Origin: Terriglobia bacterium
GTDB taxonomy: Bacteria; Acidobacteriota; Terriglobia; 2-12-FULL-54-10
Direction: 5' to 3'
Length of the DNA stretch: 64,000 nucleotides
Assembly: GCA_965222345.1 (NCBI GenBank)
Contig: CBDCTS010000007.1
Coordinates: forward strand, 191,076 to 255,075
Part shown: piece by piece, positions 9,505 to 20,206 of the stretch
How the letters are laid out: each line of letters begins with the position of its first letter
How positions within the stretch are numbered: position 1 is the first letter of the stretch
The notes under the pieces: generated by a model
What the model was told of the DNA's origin: nothing
The model's input: only the letters and a program-made list of their open reading frames with translations
Databases searched by the model: none
Program-made: the position numbers and the translations under genes

Positions 9505-10356
9505 AACTCACCCCCATTGCCGGTCCAACCCAGACCCGTTCTCGCTCTCCTGGATAACACCTCTATTATTTGCCAGTCAGTTAATTAGATCTGACCTGCA
9601 GGGCGAGTCAAGCGGTCCGGTTTCATACAGTCTACACGTTCTTGCCGCCGTTTCAACCGCAAACATCTTCGGTAACGGCGCCGTATCCTGGCGGGAGAAG
9701 CGCGGCTGTCGAAATACACAAACGCGGCCTTGTATCTTTTGAGTCATTAAAACAATTTGCTAAATCACCTCTTCTCCGTTGAGGGATTCCTGCGTTGCTG
9801 ATAGGATTTGCGCGGCTCGTCTTCTTCCTGGTGAAGCATTGGCGAGACTTTCCCGACAATCGACGAGGATAGGAAATTGCAAAACGGCCCTCTTAACAGA
9901 GAACTGAGCGTAAGAGCAGACGGCATCGCTGAACCCAACAGCGATCTCAACAAGAAGATATTCAACATCTGGCTGGAGTTGCTCATGAAAGCCACCTTGT
10001 GTGCCGGAGTCATGGGTTTGATCGCCGGACTTTCCGCTGCACTCTTCTTCCGTTCCTAAGCGCTCTGGAGGCAGCATTCCCTCCCTTCAGTTCTTTCACT
10101 GCATTATTCCCTTCCCGAACAGATGCTGATAAACCGTTCGAACCCGCTCCCTCAGCCCTCGGCTCTGCTCGGGGCAGGCTCTCGCGGCTCGGATCGCGCA
10201 CTTTGATCTTGGGGCAGTTGCCGATTCGTGCGCTAGCAAGCGAGAGCCCAAATCAATTTTTAAGCAACCTGCTAAGACCCATTCTGAAGGATAATTAACA
10301 GCTGTTGAACCTGTCCACGCAGGTTTTGCGCTGCCGGCTGCTCCGGTCAGAGGATT

Positions 10357-11811
10357 ATGGAAGCCTTACTAAAACAAGTTCTGGAAACGGTTCTAAAGTT
10401 TGGCATGATTTCCCCCGGCCAGCGGGTCGCGGTAGCCTGCTCGGGGGGGGCGGACTCCACCTCGCTGCTTTTGATTCTGGAAAAACTATCCATTCCTTTG
10501 GGCTGCACCCTTTCGGTCTGCCACTTTAATCACCGGCTGCGTGCGGAGGAGTCTGACGCAGACGAGCAGTTCGTCTGCCGTTTGGCCGAGCGCCTGCAAG
10601 TGCCTTTGTATATCAAACGGGCCGACGTGCGGCGCGCAGCCCGGTCTGCCGGAGCGAACCTGGAGGAAACTGCCCGCGAGCTGCGTACAGCTTTTCTGAT
10701 CTCACTCACCGAAACCGGGAAGGCAGACCGGGTAGCGGTGGGGCATACGGCCGACGACCAAGCCGAAACGGTGTTGCACCGTCTGGTGCGCGGCACGGGC
10801 ACGCGGGGGCTGGCTGGTATCTATCCTGTAGTGCAGGGCAAAATTATCCGGCCTCTTTTCCAGTCGCGACGCAATACCCTTTTGGACTGGCTGACGGCAC
10901 GGCAGCAGTCCTGGCGGGAGGATGCCAGCAATCAAGACCTGCGATATACCCGAAACCGCATCCGCCACCAGTTGTTGCCCCTGTTGTCGCAGTTCAACCC
11001 GCGAATTGTGGAAACCTTGGCGGCCAGCGCCGAAATTGCCCGAGACGAGGAAACCTTTTGGCAGGATTACTTGCAGCCGATTCTTCTGCAAAGTACGCGA
11101 AAATTCAAAGGGAAGATTCAAATTGACATAGAGAAAATTCGGGAAGCTCCGCCGGCAGTGGCCCGGCGTGTTCTGCGCTGGGCGACCGCGACCGTTGCTC
11201 AAATGGGACAGCACGCCGCAAACATCGATTCAGCCGGCACTCCCTACCGAAAACGGGGCAAGGCCCTCCCTCTCGATGCCCTCCAAATCGAGCAGCTTCT
11301 CCGCTTGGCCTGTGCAAAGCAAAGCGGCAGGATGATGTCGCTGCCCGGCAACATGGCGGCTGGAAAAGAATTCACGCGCCTGACCATAGCGCGCGTGGAA
11401 GATCTGAACCCCAAGCGGCAGGGATTTTCTCACCAGTTTCGAGTTCCCGGCAAACTCAAGGTTCCTGAAATTAACACTTTATTCGCCTTTAAATTAGTGC
11501 CTTGGGGTACTGACGAAGCGCGGTATAATCAAGAAGGGAATGTGTTGCTGGAGAGTAGGATCGCAGAGAACCCCTTGACTTTGCGGAACTGGCAACCGGG
11601 AGACCGATTCAGACAAAAGGGACATCAGCGGCGGCGGAAACTGAAAGAACTGTTCCAGAGATTCCGCATTCCCCAGAACGAGCGTCAGGGATGGCCGGTG
11701 CTTCTTAGCGGGGACGAGATTGTTTGGACCCGGGTGCTGGAAATTGCGGAAGGATTTTCACCCCAACGGCAAAGCAGTCATGCCATCCTGATCCAGGAAA
11801 GGGAACTGTGA
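10357..11811 (+). CDS. tilS: tRNA(Ile)-lysidine synthetase
   Basis: PP-loop SGGADS motif ([15 protein letters not shown]), the CHFNHRLR motif and a length of 484 aa. Directly upstream of ftsH, as is common. Confidence 0.85.
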   Translation: MEALLKQVLETVLKFGMISPGQRVAVACSGGADSTSLLLILEKLSIPLGCTLSVCHFNHRLRAEESDADEQFVCRLAERLQVPLYIKRADVRRAARSAGANLEETARELRTAFLISLTETGKADRVAVGHTADDQAETVLHRLVRGTGTRGLAGIYPVVQGKIIRPLFQSRRNTLLDWLTARQQSWREDASNQDLRYTRNRIRHQLLPLLSQFNPRIVETLAASAEIARDEETFWQDYLQPILLQSTRKFKGKIQIDIEKIREAPPAVARRVLRWATATVAQMGQHAANIDSAGTPYRKRGKALPLDALQIEQLLRLACAKQSGRMMSLPGNMAAGKEFTRLTIARVEDLNPKRQGFSHQFRVPGKLKVPEINTLFAFKLVPWGTDEARYNQEGNVLLESRIAENPLTLRNWQPGDRFRQKGHQRRRKLKELFQRFRIPQNERQGWPVLLSGDEIVWTRVLEIAEGFSPQRQSSHAILIQEREL

Positions 11812-11830
11812 CCGGAGACAGGAGGAGAAG

Positions 11831-13756
11831 GTGAACTCGACGGCAAAAACAATTGTATTCTGGACTGTCATGCTGGCCACTGCCCTGCTGCTGTGGCAGT
11901 TTGTCAAATCGGGGAGTCCTGCCGAAGACGAGCTTTCCTTTACGGAATTCATGGAACAGGTGGATCAGGAAAACATCTCGGAGATTACCCTCTACGGCAA
12001 CAATGAGGTTCAGGGCCACTTCAAGGAAGATAACAGCCTCCTGAAAACTGTGGTCCCCAACGACTATCCCGACTTGATCCCCATCCTCCAGGATAAAGGC
12101 GTCAGGATCAACGTCAAGGAAAGCTCCACCAGTTCCTGGGTCAGCATTCTCGTGAACGCTTCGCCTTTCCTGCTCTTGATCGGCTTCTGGATTTTCATGA
12201 TGCGGCAGATGCAGACGGGAGGCAACAAAGCCCTTTCGTTTGGTAAAAGCCGAGCCCGCCTGCTCTCGACCCAGCAGAAGAAAATCACCTTCAAGGACGT
12301 GGCCGGAGTGGACGAGGCCAAGGAAGAACTCCAGGAAATCATCGAGTTTCTGCGGGACCCGCAAAGATTTCAAAAGCTGGGGGGGCGGATTCCCAAAGGG
12401 GTCATTCTGGTGGGCGCGCCGGGGACCGGCAAGACGCTGCTGGCGCGCGCGATTGCCGGGGAGGCAAATGTTCCCTTCTTCTCCATCAGCGGTTCCGATT
12501 TCGTGGAGATGTTCGTCGGGGTGGGAGCCAGCCGGGTGCGGGACCTCTTTGATCAAGGCAAGAAGAACGCCCCCTGCATCATATTCATCGACGAAATCGA
12601 CGCCGTGGGCCGCCATCGCGGCGCGGGGCTGGGCGGCGGGCATGACGAGCGCGAGCAGACCTTGAACCAGTTGCTGGTGGAAATGGACGGCTTTGAGTCC
12701 AATGAAGGCGTCATCCTGGTGGCTGCTACCAACCGCCCTGACGTTCTGGACCCCGCCCTGCTCCGGCCGGGCCGGTTCGACCGCCGGGTGGTGGTCCCGC
12801 GGCCTGACGTAAATGGCCGCCTGGGAATTCTTCAGGTTCATACCAAGAAAATCCCTCTTTCCGAGGACGTGGATCTTTCGGTGATTGCTCGCGGCACGCC
12901 GGGCTTTTCCGGCGCCGATCTGGCCAATGCGGTCAACGAAGCGGCTCTCACTGCCGCCCGGCCGGGCCATACATCGGTCGGGATGGTCGATTTCGAGACA
13001 GCCAAGGATAAAGTCCTGATGGGAGTCGAGCGGAGGTCGCTCATCATCAGCGAAGAAGAAAAGAAAAACACCGCTTTTCACGAGGCGGGCCATGCCCTGG
13101 TTGCAAGCATCGTTCCCCATGCTGATCCCCTGCACAAGGTGACCATTATCCCGCGCGGCATGGCCTTGGGCGTGACCATGCAGCTCCCGGTCGATGACAA
13201 GCACACCTACACGAAAGAGTATCTTGAAAGCCAGCTCGCCGTCATGATGGGCGGCCGGCTGGCCGAGGAGCTTTTCCTCAATCATCAGACAACCGGAGCG
13301 GGTAACGACCTGGATCAGGCCACCTCAATGGCCCGCAAGATGGTCTGCGAATGGGGCATGAGCAATCTGGGACCGCTGACGTTCGGCAAGAAAGAAGAAC
13401 AGATATTCCTCGGACGCGAGATTGCCCAGCACCGCGACTTCAGCGAGGATACGGCCATTCGCATCGATCATGAGGTCAAGCGGCTTGTTGATCACGGCTA
13501 CCAGCAGGCCAAGACCATCCTGACGGAAAATCGCGACAGTCTCATCCGGATTGCCGAAGCTTTGCTGGTGCGGGAGGTCCTGGACGCAAACGAAGTCAAG
13601 ATGATCCTCCGGGGGGAATCGCTGCCGGTTAAGCAAGTGGTGGGGAATCCCCCCGACGAAACGGACCAGACACAACAGGTTCTCAAGCCGGGCCCCGCGC
13701 GAGCCCCTGAGAAATCGCCTAGCTTGGCTGAGGGCGAGAAACCGGCTCCCGCTTAA
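11831..13756 (+). CDS. ftsH: ATP-dependent zinc metalloprotease FtsH
   Basis: Two N-terminal TM segments, Walker A GPPGTGKT, the SRH motif, the zinc site HEAGHAL and a length of 641 aa. Confidence 0.95.
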   Translation: MNSTAKTIVFWTVMLATALLLWQFVKSGSPAEDELSFTEFMEQVDQENISEITLYGNNEVQGHFKEDNSLLKTVVPNDYPDLIPILQDKGVRINVKESSTSSWVSILVNASPFLLLIGFWIFMMRQMQTGGNKALSFGKSRARLLSTQQKKITFKDVAGVDEAKEELQEIIEFLRDPQRFQKLGGRIPKGVILVGAPGTGKTLLARAIAGEANVPFFSISGSDFVEMFVGVGASRVRDLFDQGKKNAPCIIFIDEIDAVGRHRGAGLGGGHDEREQTLNQLLVEMDGFESNEGVILVAATNRPDVLDPALLRPGRFDRRVVVPRPDVNGRLGILQVHTKKIPLSEDVDLSVIARGTPGFSGADLANAVNEAALTAARPGHTSVGMVDFETAKDKVLMGVERRSLIISEEEKKNTAFHEAGHALVASIVPHADPLHKVTIIPRGMALGVTMQLPVDDKHTYTKEYLESQLAVMMGGRLAEELFLNHQTTGAGNDLDQATSMARKMVCEWGMSNLGPLTFGKKEEQIFLGREIAQHRDFSEDTAIRIDHEVKRLVDHGYQQAKTILTENRDSLIRIAEALLVREVLDANEVKMILRGESLPVKQVVGNPPDETDQTQQVLKPGPARAPEKSPSLAEGEKPAPA

Positions 13757-13864
13757 GTTTGCCGGATCGAGATTTCACTCTCTAACTTGTCTCCTCAACA
13801 CCGCAAACGCTTTTTGTTGCGACTGTCCCGCCGGACACTGCCGCTAGGAAGAGGAACTCTGGTG

Positions 13865-14701
13865 ATGGGCGTTCTCAACGTCACGCCGGACTCTTTTTCC
13901 GAGCAGGGTATTTATTTTGACCGCCGCGCTGCCGTCGCACGGGGACTTGAGATCGAGCGCGAAGGCGCCGACCTTCTGGATATCGGGGGGGAATCCACTC
14001 GCCCGGGCGCACAGCCGGTCGAGGCAGCCGAGGAGCTTGACCGCACGATTCCCGTCATCGAAGCTCTCCGCCGCAAAGGGCTCCGGATTCCTATTTCAAT
14101 TGACACTACCAAGACTGCTGTCGCCGACCGAGCGCTCGGCGCGGGCGCCGAGATCGTCAACAACGTCAGCGGCCTGCGCTTTGATCCGGCACTGGCCCAA
14201 GTTGTACGGGACCATCAGGCGGCCCTGGTGCTGATGCACCTGCGCGGCACCCCCCGCACTATGCAGAATCTTCCCCCAGTGAAAAACCTGCTGCCCGGTA
14301 TTCGCCGGGGGCTCTCCGCCTCCATTCGCCGGGCACTCGAAGCGGGAATCAAAAAGCGGCAGATTGTCATCGATCCCGGAATTGGGTTTGGGAAGGACGC
14401 CGGTCAGAATTTTGAAATCTTGAAAGGCCTGCCGAGCTTGATTCCTCTCGGATACCCCATCCTGGTTGGGCCCTCGCGAAAATCGTTTCTCCGATGGGCT
14501 TTATCGGGCCAATCTGCACCGCTTTCTAAGGCCAAGAGATTTTCACGAAGCAAGGAGGCGGAAGATGGAGTGCCGGAAGATTTGTTGTTCGGAACGGCTG
14601 CGGCGGTAACGGCAGCCATCCTGAACGGCGCGCATATCGTCCGTGTTCATGATGTGCGGCAGATGGTCAAGGTTGCGAGGATCGCGGATCAGGTTGTCTA
14701 A
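13865..14701 (+). CDS. folP: dihydropteroate synthase
   Basis: MGVLNVTPDSFSEQG start, DIGGESTRPG motif and the classic ftsH-folP linkage; start moved to the internal Met. Confidence 0.85.
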   Translation: MGVLNVTPDSFSEQGIYFDRRAAVARGLEIEREGADLLDIGGESTRPGAQPVEAAEELDRTIPVIEALRRKGLRIPISIDTTKTAVADRALGAGAEIVNNVSGLRFDPALAQVVRDHQAALVLMHLRGTPRTMQNLPPVKNLLPGIRRGLSASIRRALEAGIKKRQIVIDPGIGFGKDAGQNFEILKGLPSLIPLGYPILVGPSRKSFLRWALSGQSAPLSKAKRFSRSKEAEDGVPEDLLFGTAAAVTAAILNGAHIVRVHDVRQMVKVARIADQVV

Positions 14702-15988
14702 CTAAAGCACTCTCTCTTCCCAATTTTCCAAGTAGCTCTTCAGCGAACCCATAAACTGGTCGGCCACATACCCGTCAATTACGCGGTGATCGTAGCTGAG
14801 CGACAGGTACACAACCGAGCGAATGGCAATGGCGTCGTTGATTACGACCGGCGTCTTGTTGATCCCGCCGACACCCAGGATGGCCACCTGCGGCTGGTTG
14901 ATGATGGGCGTAGCAAACAGGCTTCCGAGTGCGCCGGGGTTGGTGATGGTAAAGGTCCCGCCCTGCACCTCGGTTGGGGAAAGCTTCTTGCGGCGGGCTC
15001 GGTCGGCCAGGTCATTGATGGCGCGCGTCAGCCCCAGAAAGCTTTTTTCGTCGGCATTGTGGATCACCGGGACGATCAGGCCCCAATCCAGCGCCACGGC
15101 GATCCCCATGTGGACGTCCTTCTTGTAGAGCAGATCATCCCCGGAGAGAGAGCTGTTGACGATAGGAAACCGCTTCAAGGCATCAATGGCTGCCCGGACG
15201 AAGAACGAGGTGAAGCTGAGCTTTGTGTTCTCCTGGCTGGCGAACCGTCCTTTCTCTTGCTGATAAATTCCCGAAACCCGCGTTAGATCCACCGTAAAGA
15301 CGGTGGTGACGTGCGCCGAGGTGTGCCGGCTCAGGACCATATGTTCGGCAATTTTTTTTCGCATGGTGCTCATCGGAACTTTCTGTACGCGACCAGGACC
15401 CATCGCCGCCGCAATTGTGGTAACGGAAGCCGGTGCCGGAGGCGCTGCTTTCCGGGCTTCCACATAGGCAAGAAGGTCCTCCTTGGTGATCCTTCCTCCT
15501 GAGCCGCTGCCTTTCACCTGGGTCAAGTCCACCTTGTGTTCCGCCGCCAGCTTCTTCACCAGCGGAGAGCTGCGGACCGGCGCGGCTGTTGCTTGTGCTC
15601 TTATCGTTACAGGGTCCTGCCGTCCAGCTTCCGGCTTCGCAGGTTCTTCTGTGGCTGTTTCCTGGCGGTCGCCCACCGCAGTTTGCTCAGAGACCGGGAC
15701 GGGGCCCGGCTTGGCGGCCGCTTCGGCCTGGAAAGAACTTCCGTCTTCCTTTGCGGATTGAATCTGCGCCACGACACTATGGACCGCCACCGTTTTCCCT
15801 TCGGCGGCCAGAACTTGAATGAGGGTGCCGGCCTCCGGAGAGGGAATTTCCGCATCCACCTTGTCTGTCGAGATTTCAAACAGCGGCTCGTCCTTCTCCA
15901 CCGTCTCCCCCACTTTCTTGAGCCACCGGGTCACGGTTCCTTCGGAAATGCTCTCGCCCATCTGGGGCATCTTCACATCGGTCGGCAT
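14702..15988 (-). CDS. 2-oxo acid dehydrogenase complex E2 component (dihydrolipoamide acyltransferase)
   Basis: N-terminal lipoyl domain with the lipoyl-Lys motif (EISTDKVDAEIPSPEAG), Ala/Pro-rich linkers, E3-binding domain and a catalytic domain ending DHRVIDG. Confidence 0.85.
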   Translation of the reverse strand: MPTDVKMPQMGESISEGTVTRWLKKVGETVEKDEPLFEISTDKVDAEIPSPEAGTLIQVLAAEGKTVAVHSVVAQIQSAKEDGSSFQAEAAAKPGPVPVSEQTAVGDRQETATEEPAKPEAGRQDPVTIRAQATAAPVRSSPLVKKLAAEHKVDLTQVKGSGSGGRITKEDLLAYVEARKAAPPAPASVTTIAAAMGPGRVQKVPMSTMRKKIAEHMVLSRHTSAHVTTVFTVDLTRVSGIYQQEKGRFASQENTKLSFTSFFVRAAIDALKRFPIVNSSLSGDDLLYKKDVHMGIAVALDWGLIVPVIHNADEKSFLGLTRAINDLADRARRKKLSPTEVQGGTFTITNPGALGSLFATPIINQPQVAILGVGGINKTPVVINDAIAIRSVVYLSLSYDHRVIDGYVADQFMGSLKSYLENWEERVL

Positions 15989-16040
15989 ACTGCTCTCCTT
16001 TCCTGACTAGCCCTGCCTGGCTGGCCCGGCAAACCTTCTC

Positions 16041-16784
16041 TTAAAATTGCGGCAATTGTTCCGGCGCAGCCAGCCGCATACGCAGTCCAAACAATTTCCC
16101 TATGTGACCGGCGACGGACTCCTCAACCTGACTGAGATTCACAGACCTGCCCAGCAACTCGCGGAATGATGTCACCGGACAGGCTGAGATTCCGCAGGGA
16201 ACAATGTGCTGGAAAGAACCGAGGTCCGTGCTCACATTCAGAGCAAACCCGTGGGAGGTGATCCAGCGGCTGATGCGCACTCCAATGGAGGCGAGCTTGC
16301 ATCCGTCCACCCACACTCCGGTCAGCTTTTCCCTTCGTCCGGCTCGTATCCCGAAATCCCGCGCCGCGCGGATGAGGGCTTCCTCCAGGGTCCGCACATA
16401 CCAGACCACGTCCTTGCGGATGCCGCTGAGATTCAGGATGGGATAGCCGACCAGTTGGCCGGGCCCATGATAGGTGATGTCGCCGCCGCGATCGGTTTCA
16501 ACAAATTCGATGCCCTGTTCATCGAGTAGCTCCGCCGAACTCAACAGGTGCTGCCTGTCTCCGTTCCGTCCCAATGTGATAACCGGTGGATGCTCCAAAA
16601 GCAGCAGTAAATCGCCGGTCTCCCCTGCCTTTCGGCGGGCAACCAGGGCGCGTTGCAGCTCCCAGGCGCGGCGGTAGGACACGCGGCCTAAATGATATAC
16701 CTGGCAGTCCGCTCCCTGCGGTCGGTCCGTCTTCTCCACAACGGGGCTGGAAACTCCGCTCAACTCTTCAATCGTCGTCTTCAT
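16041..16784 (-). CDS. lipB: lipoyl(octanoyl) transferase
   Basis: HPPVITLGR and RGGDITYHGPGQLVGYPILNL motifs; 247 aa. Confidence 0.85.
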   Translation of the reverse strand: MKTTIEELSGVSSPVVEKTDRPQGADCQVYHLGRVSYRRAWELQRALVARRKAGETGDLLLLLEHPPVITLGRNGDRQHLLSSAELLDEQGIEFVETDRGGDITYHGPGQLVGYPILNLSGIRKDVVWYVRTLEEALIRAARDFGIRAGRREKLTGVWVDGCKLASIGVRISRWITSHGFALNVSTDLGSFQHIVPCGISACPVTSFRELLGRSVNLSQVEESVAGHIGKLFGLRMRLAAPEQLPQF

Positions 16785-16840
16785 CGAAAACTCAATTGGA
16801 AATACTCCGCTTGACCGCGCACAAAAACTCCCGCCGCCTC

Positions 16841-18238
16841 TCAGGCATTGATCGTCAAGGAATGCACCGCATTGGCCGCATCCATCAATGCCTCGGAAAG
16901 CGTGGGGTGGGCGTGGATCGTGTACATAATGTCCTCAACCGTAGCTTCCAGGCGTATGGCCAGGGCGACTTCGGCGATCATCTCCGTGACCGCGGGGCCG
17001 ATCATATGGGCGCCCAGAATCTCCCCGTACTGTTCTTCGCAGACGAGCTTCACAAATCCCTCATGAGACCCCAGGATGCTCGCCTTGCTGTTGGCCAGAA
17101 ACGGGAATTTGCCGACTTTGACCGAGTAGCCCTCCTCCCGCGCCCTGGCCTCGGTCAAGCCCACGCCCGCAACTTGGGGCTCGGTGTAGATGCAATCGGG
17201 AACGTGGCGAGGATTGATCGGGGGCACGTCCTTGCCGCAGATCTTCCCCACGGCGACGATGCCTTCCATCGAGGCCGCGTGGGCCAGTTGCGGAGTGCCT
17301 GCCACGATGTCGCCGATGGCATAGATTCCCGGCTCGGCCGTCTGCATAAACTCGTCTGTTTTGACATATCCTCTCTCGGTCTCAACCCGTGTTTCTTCGA
17401 GGCCTATGCCTGCCGTGTTGGGCCTCCGCCCCACCGCCACCAGGGCCTGCTGGGCCTGGAGCGTCTTCGTATCGTTCCCCTGGGTGACCTCCACTGCAAT
17501 GGCTTCACCCTTCTTTTGAAAGCTTGTCACCCGTGCACTCGTCAGAATCTGGACGCCTTGCTTCTTTAGAGATTTCTCCAGTTCCCGGGAAATCTCTTCG
17601 TCGGCCAAAGGGAGGATGCGGGGAAGCATTTCCACCAGCGTCACCTCGGAACCGAAGCGGCGGTAGATGGAGGCAAACTCCACTCCCACGGCGCCGGCGC
17701 CGATGATCAGCAGGGATTGGGGCTGCTGCCGAAGCCACAGAATCCCTCGATTGGTGAGCACCCGCTTCTCGTCCGCCTCCATCCCCGGCAACATGCTGGC
17801 TTCCGAGCCCGTCGCCAGGATGATATTTTTGGCCCGGAGTTCGCGTTCTCCATCCGGCCCCTGCACCTGGATTCGGCCGCCGCCCTGGAGCTTTCCGAAG
17901 CCGCGGATGTTTTCAATCCGATGCTTCTTGAACAGATACTCCAGCCCTTTATTGTGCTTCCGGACCACCTTCGCCGTGCGCTGCTGCACCGTCTCAAATC
18001 TCAGCTTCACCTCTCCGCATTCAATGCCGAATTCCTTTCCGCGCATCACGGCGTCATAGACTTCCGCATTGAACAGCAATGCCTTAGTTGGAATACAGCC
18101 CACGTTCAGGCAGGTTCCTCCCAGGCGGTCCTCTTTTTCCACGACGGCTGTGCGCAGACCCCACTGGGAGGCCCGAATGGCTGCCACGTAGCCGCCCGGC
18201 CCGCTCCCCAAAATCACCAGATCCAATTCATCAGCCAC
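16841..18238 (-). CDS. lpdA: dihydrolipoyl dehydrogenase (E3)
   Basis: FAD-binding GSGPGGY, redox disulfide GGTCLNVGCIPTK, NAD-binding GAGAVGVE and the C-terminal HAHPTLSE motif; 465 aa. Confidence 0.9.
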   Translation of the reverse strand: MADELDLVILGSGPGGYVAAIRASQWGLRTAVVEKEDRLGGTCLNVGCIPTKALLFNAEVYDAVMRGKEFGIECGEVKLRFETVQQRTAKVVRKHNKGLEYLFKKHRIENIRGFGKLQGGGRIQVQGPDGERELRAKNIILATGSEASMLPGMEADEKRVLTNRGILWLRQQPQSLLIIGAGAVGVEFASIYRRFGSEVTLVEMLPRILPLADEEISRELEKSLKKQGVQILTSARVTSFQKKGEAIAVEVTQGNDTKTLQAQQALVAVGRRPNTAGIGLEETRVETERGYVKTDEFMQTAEPGIYAIGDIVAGTPQLAHAASMEGIVAVGKICGKDVPPINPRHVPDCIYTEPQVAGVGLTEARAREEGYSVKVGKFPFLANSKASILGSHEGFVKLVCEEQYGEILGAHMIGPAVTEMIAEVALAIRLEATVEDIMYTIHAHPTLSEALMDAANAVHSLTINA

Positions 18239-18575
18239 GGGAACAACCTCCTGAATACGAACTTAGTCTTGGCGGCTATCGAAGATGGCGGTCGTTTCTG
18301 TATCTTTGCCATCCTATCTCTAATCTTTGCAACACTATCTTTGCACCAACGGAAGGCCGATCAAAACAAGGATACTATCAACTTTCACCACGCCCACACA
18401 AGCGGCTGCCTGTCCTTCGCATCCAAGGCAAAGCCCCTGCGGACGGCGCAGGTTTTCTTGACGGGTAGTACCAACAGTGCTAGGCTAGAATTGATGCTAG
18501 CCAGGACGCAAGGGCCGGTGAAGCGTGGATAGCTTTTTTATCTAAAGCCTAACTTTCACTCGCCCGACGCATTAG

Positions 18576-19586
18576 ATGAGAAAAGAAGTAAAACTCAGCA
18601 GCGGCATCGAGACCTTGTTCGGCACCCTGGATGAAAATCTCCGGTTGCTGGAAACCACGCTCCAATTGACGGCTCATCTAAAAAACGACTCTCTGGAAAT
18701 CGAAGGGGAACCTGTCAACGTCGAGCGAATGGAGCGGATCGTCGAAGAGTACGGCCAGCTCGTGAAGGAAGGATTGTCGTTCAACAACGGCGACCTGCAG
18801 GGCTATCTGCAAGTTGTCGCCGAGGACCCTTCCTTCAGCCTCCGCTCCCTGGTGCTGAGTGGGCGGCAGCGCAGCTTCGGCAAAAAATCGGTGGTTCCCA
18901 AAGGCATCAATCAGCGGCTGTACCTGGAAGCGATCGACCGGCACGATATGGTATTCGGGATCGGCCCCGCCGGGACCGGCAAGACCTATCTGGCAGTGGG
19001 CATGGCGATCTCTTATCTGCTGGCGCGCAAGGTGAACCGGATCATCCTGGCCCGCCCGGCGGTGGAGGCGGGCGAGCGGCTGGGCTTCCTGCCGGGAACC
19101 CTCCAGGAAAAAATTGACCCCTATCTGCGCCCGCTCTACGATGCTCTCTATGATCTGTTGGACGCCGAAAAGGTGGAGCGGTACATGGACCGGGGAACCA
19201 TCGAGATTGCCCCGATTGCTTTTATGCGCGGGCGAACGCTCAATGACAGCTTCGTGATCCTCGATGAGGCCCAGAACACCACTGGAGAGCAGATGAAAAT
19301 GTTCCTGACCCGGCTGGGCTTTCACTCCAAGGTGGTCATCACGGGAGACATCACCCAGATCGACCTGCCCGAGGACCGGCGCAGCGGCTTGCTGACCGCA
19401 ATCGATGTGGTGCGGTCGATTCCGGAAATCAGCTTTGTGTACTTCAACGAGAAAGACGTCGTTCGTCACCATTTGGTCCAGCGAATCATCCGGGCGTACG
19501 AGCAGTACACGCAGTCCGGCAATGGTTCTCCCCAAGTTTCGCGCTCATCGGGGCAGGACAATTCAGAGGACGACAAAAAATTGTAA
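18576..19586 (+). CDS. phoH: PhoH-family ATPase (YbeZ-like)
   Basis: Walker A GPAGTGKTYLAV, DEAQN Walker B and the conserved phoH-ybeY-corC-era neighbourhood. Confidence 0.85.
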   Translation: MRKEVKLSSGIETLFGTLDENLRLLETTLQLTAHLKNDSLEIEGEPVNVERMERIVEEYGQLVKEGLSFNNGDLQGYLQVVAEDPSFSLRSLVLSGRQRSFGKKSVVPKGINQRLYLEAIDRHDMVFGIGPAGTGKTYLAVGMAISYLLARKVNRIILARPAVEAGERLGFLPGTLQEKIDPYLRPLYDALYDLLDAEKVERYMDRGTIEIAPIAFMRGRTLNDSFVILDEAQNTTGEQMKMFLTRLGFHSKVVITGDITQIDLPEDRRSGLLTAIDVVRSIPEISFVYFNEKDVVRHHLVQRIIRAYEQYTQSGNGSPQVSRSSGQDNSEDDKKL

Positions 19587-19634
19587 CGTTCCCGTTGGCG
19601 GAAGAGCAGCCACTCGATCCGTCTTTTTTATTCT

Positions 19635-20201
19635 ATGGTTCACTCCTCCAGCTCCGAGTCAGAAAATTCCGACGACGGCAACCCGGCCCATCCCCGGCGT
19701 AATAACGGCCTGCCGCAACCAGCAGTTCTAATTAACCGCCAGCGAACCATCGAAGCTGACTGGGAGGAAGTAAGGAGGTTTCTTCGCCAACTGCCTCCCC
19801 GGCTGGCCCCGCATTCCTTCAGCGTCTGCCTGCTCTCCGACCTGGGCATCCGCCGCTATAACAAACAATTCCGCCACAAGGCGGAATCCACCGACGTCCT
19901 TTCCTTCCCCTCCGGGGAACGCGGAAACGATCCCGGCAAGTATTTGGGCGACATCCTGATCTCTGCCGAGACCGCCCGCGCCAACTCACGGCGGCATGGA
20001 CTTCGGCTGCAAGAGGAGATCAAGATTCTGGTGCTGCACGGGCTTCTCCATCTTCTGGGTTACGACCATGAGAGCGATGCAGGCAGGATGGCCCGCCAGG
20101 AGCGGATCTGGCGCGTCAAACTGGGCTTGCCGACCACTCTGACGGAAAGGTCCCGGGGAGGGGCCTCGCGCGGGATGATCCCTCGCGGCAGAGCTTCCTA
20201 A
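19635..20201 (+). CDS. ybeY: rRNA maturation endoribonuclease YbeY
   Basis: The HGLLHLLGYDHE zinc-binding motif. The 5' end may be shorter; the first approx. 35 codons are Ser/Pro-rich. Confidence 0.8.
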   Translation: MVHSSSSESENSDDGNPAHPRRNNGLPQPAVLINRQRTIEADWEEVRRFLRQLPPRLAPHSFSVCLLSDLGIRRYNKQFRHKAESTDVLSFPSGERGNDPGKYLGDILISAETARANSRRHGLRLQEEIKILVLHGLLHLLGYDHESDAGRMARQERIWRVKLGLPTTLTERSRGGASRGMIPRGRAS

Positions 20202-20206
20202 ACCGC

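Noticed and set aside
9025-9588. 187-aa plus-strand ORF
   Set aside because: It is antisense to the 9064-9504 ORF, which has protein-like TM, coiled-coil and Zn-ribbon features. The plus-strand frame is Arg/Leu-rich noise.
11705-13285. 526-aa ORF on the minus strand
   Set aside because: It lies entirely antisense to ftsH, whose protein is unambiguous. The Arg/Gly/His-rich, low-complexity composition is typical of a GC-rich antisense frame.
16586-18532. 327-aa and 271-aa plus-strand ORFs
   Set aside because: They are antisense to lpdA and lipB.
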